IMG/VR virus record: IMGVR_UViG_3300020041_000001
Coordinates: 1 to 6,573 of that record
Length of the DNA: 6,573 bases
Reading direction: 5' to 3' (one strand)
Source: a virus
Each line of letters begins with the position of its first letter. Positions within the stretch are counted from its first letter, which is position 1. A program made the translations under genes and the position numbers. Positions 5,568-6,573 of this stretch are shown piece after piece. Below the pieces are notes generated by a model that was not told where the DNA came from, did not search any database, and was given only the letters and a program-made list of their open reading frames with translations.

Positions 5568-6573
5568 TTAAGAATTTAACAACAAACCACTAAGATCATT
5601 AAATTCCTTATGTTTAACCTTATCTACGCACGCCTTCCGATTGTCAGCAGTTAACTTCATAAGGAATTTGTCACTTAGTTCATAATCATAAGAATATACT
5701 TTTTTAACCTTTTTCTCATTATCCTCATTAGTAGAATTCTTTACTTCATTGTAAGCAGAACGAGAAAACAAAAATGACCGCTGTTCATCGGTACAATTCT
5801 CAAGAAACTCATAATAATCATGAAGTTGACGACGAGCAAATTCATTCCAATAAGAATCAGAAGCTTTCATGAGAGCATATATAGGACCTCGACGATAAAT
5901 ATCTACATAACCAAACAAATTCCAAAACCTAGCAGAACGAATAACCGTGTTAAAGAGCCTATAAAATTTGTTATAAATCTGATCATAAGTAAGACAATGC
6001 CAATACTTACGATTAGGAGCATCAAGGCGAACAGTAGCAACTATAAGTTCATCGTCGGAATGAACAAAACCTTTATCTGCACGATCAAGGAAAAAATCAG
6101 TATAAGCATGAGCAAGCTCAGAAACAGGAGAAACAGATTTATCGTAAGTTATGTCCAGATATCCGAAACGAATGAGCCTCTCGGGTGCAAAGAACGCAGA
6201 TGAAAATACGTAAGCACTGCTATGTGCAGATTTGCAAACAAGATTCGAGAATCTGGGGAATACGGTATGTTTATACGACCGTGAAGGGTAGATCTGTTTA
6301 ACTTTACCATTAATAGAGAGGCTTTCTCCATTAAGGAGGATAGAGGACATTTTTTCAAGCTCATGTATCGTGGCTTGAGTGGGAAAGACATAATTGTTTC
6401 CATATCCCTTCGAGTGGAGGGAACGCGCTCTAATCTCTCTATGCTCGAGGTATAATGAAGGTAAGCATACGCTACTATTAACATACGACGCAACGTAGGA
6501 AGAAGAGCCTCCTCGCGATAATTCACAAGTCGTACGACCGTAGGACCAACTCTCAGATACAAGTCGCTGTATA
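5568..6573 (-). CDS. VP4: Replication initiation protein VP4, C-terminal part. 6453..6573 duplicates 1..121; the unique part 5568..6452 is 294 aa plus the stop.
   Basis: The track lists a 260-aa ORF from M at 6350, but the same frame stays open upstream to the window end: ...CLPSLYLEHREIRARSLHSKGYGNNYVFPTQATIHELEK-M... checked codon by codon over 6455..6348. TAA stop at 5570..5568, 10 nt before the VP1 start. Confidence 0.92.
   Translation of the reverse strand, partial: IQRLVSESWSYGRTTCELSRGGSSSYVASYVNSSVCLPSLYLEHREIRARSLHSKGYGNNYVFPTQATIHELEKMSSILLNGESLSINGKVKQIYPSRSYKHTVFPRFSNLVCKSAHSSAYVFSSAFFAPERLIRFGYLDITYDKSVSPVSELAHAYTDFFLDRADKGFVHSDDELIVATVRLDAPNRKYWHCLTYDQIYNKFYRLFNTVIRSARFWNLFGYVDIYRRGPIYALMKASDSYWNEFARRQLHDYYEFLENCTDEQRSFLFSRSAYNEVKNSTNEDNEKKVKKVYSYDYELSDKFLMKLTADNRKACVDKVKHKEFNDLSGLLLNS
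6453..6573. repeat. Terminal direct repeat, copy 2 (identical to 1..121).
   Basis: Same comparison as copy 1. Confidence 0.97.

Noticed and set aside
177-6203. Plus-strand track ORFs: 177..371, 2030..2380, 2891..3127, 3021..3224, 3124..3426, 4076..4441 and 5820..6203.
   Set aside because: All are antisense to, and fully embedded in, strongly supported minus-strand genes (rep, VP2, the 173-aa ORF, VP1). Their compositions are low-complexity, off-frame-like (Ile/Arg/Ser/Leu-rich). Microviridae transcribe one strand only.
1-6573. The 121-bp identical ends could be long terminal repeats of a mobile element or a linear phage terminal redundancy.
   Set aside because: The repeat lies inside a single continuous coding frame (rep), and the gene content is that of a circular ssDNA microvirus. 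The simplest reading is an assembly overlap of a circle.

Overview
The window is one complete, circularly permuted ssDNA phage genome of the family Microviridae. It is not phiX-like; size and protein architecture look gokushovirus/alpavirus-like. No search was run. Bases 1..121 are identical to 6453..6573, so the real molecule is a 6452-bp circle. All credible genes lie on the minus strand, so the reverse complement of the given sequence is the mRNA-sense and presumably packaged strand. Reading 5'->3' on the minus strand: three tiny ORFs (1440..1234, 1155..958, 945..775). Then a 551-aa HUH rolling-circle replication initiator (VP4/gpA-like) that starts at 771, runs off the left edge and resumes at 6452..5568. 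The ORF track shows only its last 260 aa. Then major capsid VP1 (5557..3644), a 173-aa ORF (3636..3115) and the VP2 minor capsid/pilot protein (3112..2003). Genes from rep through VP2 are packed 2-10 nt apart and none has a Shine-Dalgarno motif. A near-consensus Bacteroides-type promoter precedes the small-ORF/rep block, which points to a Bacteroidota host (inference). The feature the genes do not explain is a 562-nt ORF-free gap (1441..2002). Its 1561..2000 part is a GC- and CpG-rich island (about 53% GC by hand count, versus about 40% in coding lines). It is almost entirely short perfect hairpins, plus one long imperfect hairpin with an AT-rich loop, iteron-like direct repeats, two known ultra-stable DNA mini-hairpin sequences and a phiX174-origin-like nick motif, all on the sense strand. 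I read it as a candidate replication or complementary-strand origin, or a phage-borne structured RNA. It is the best candidate for something undescribed here.
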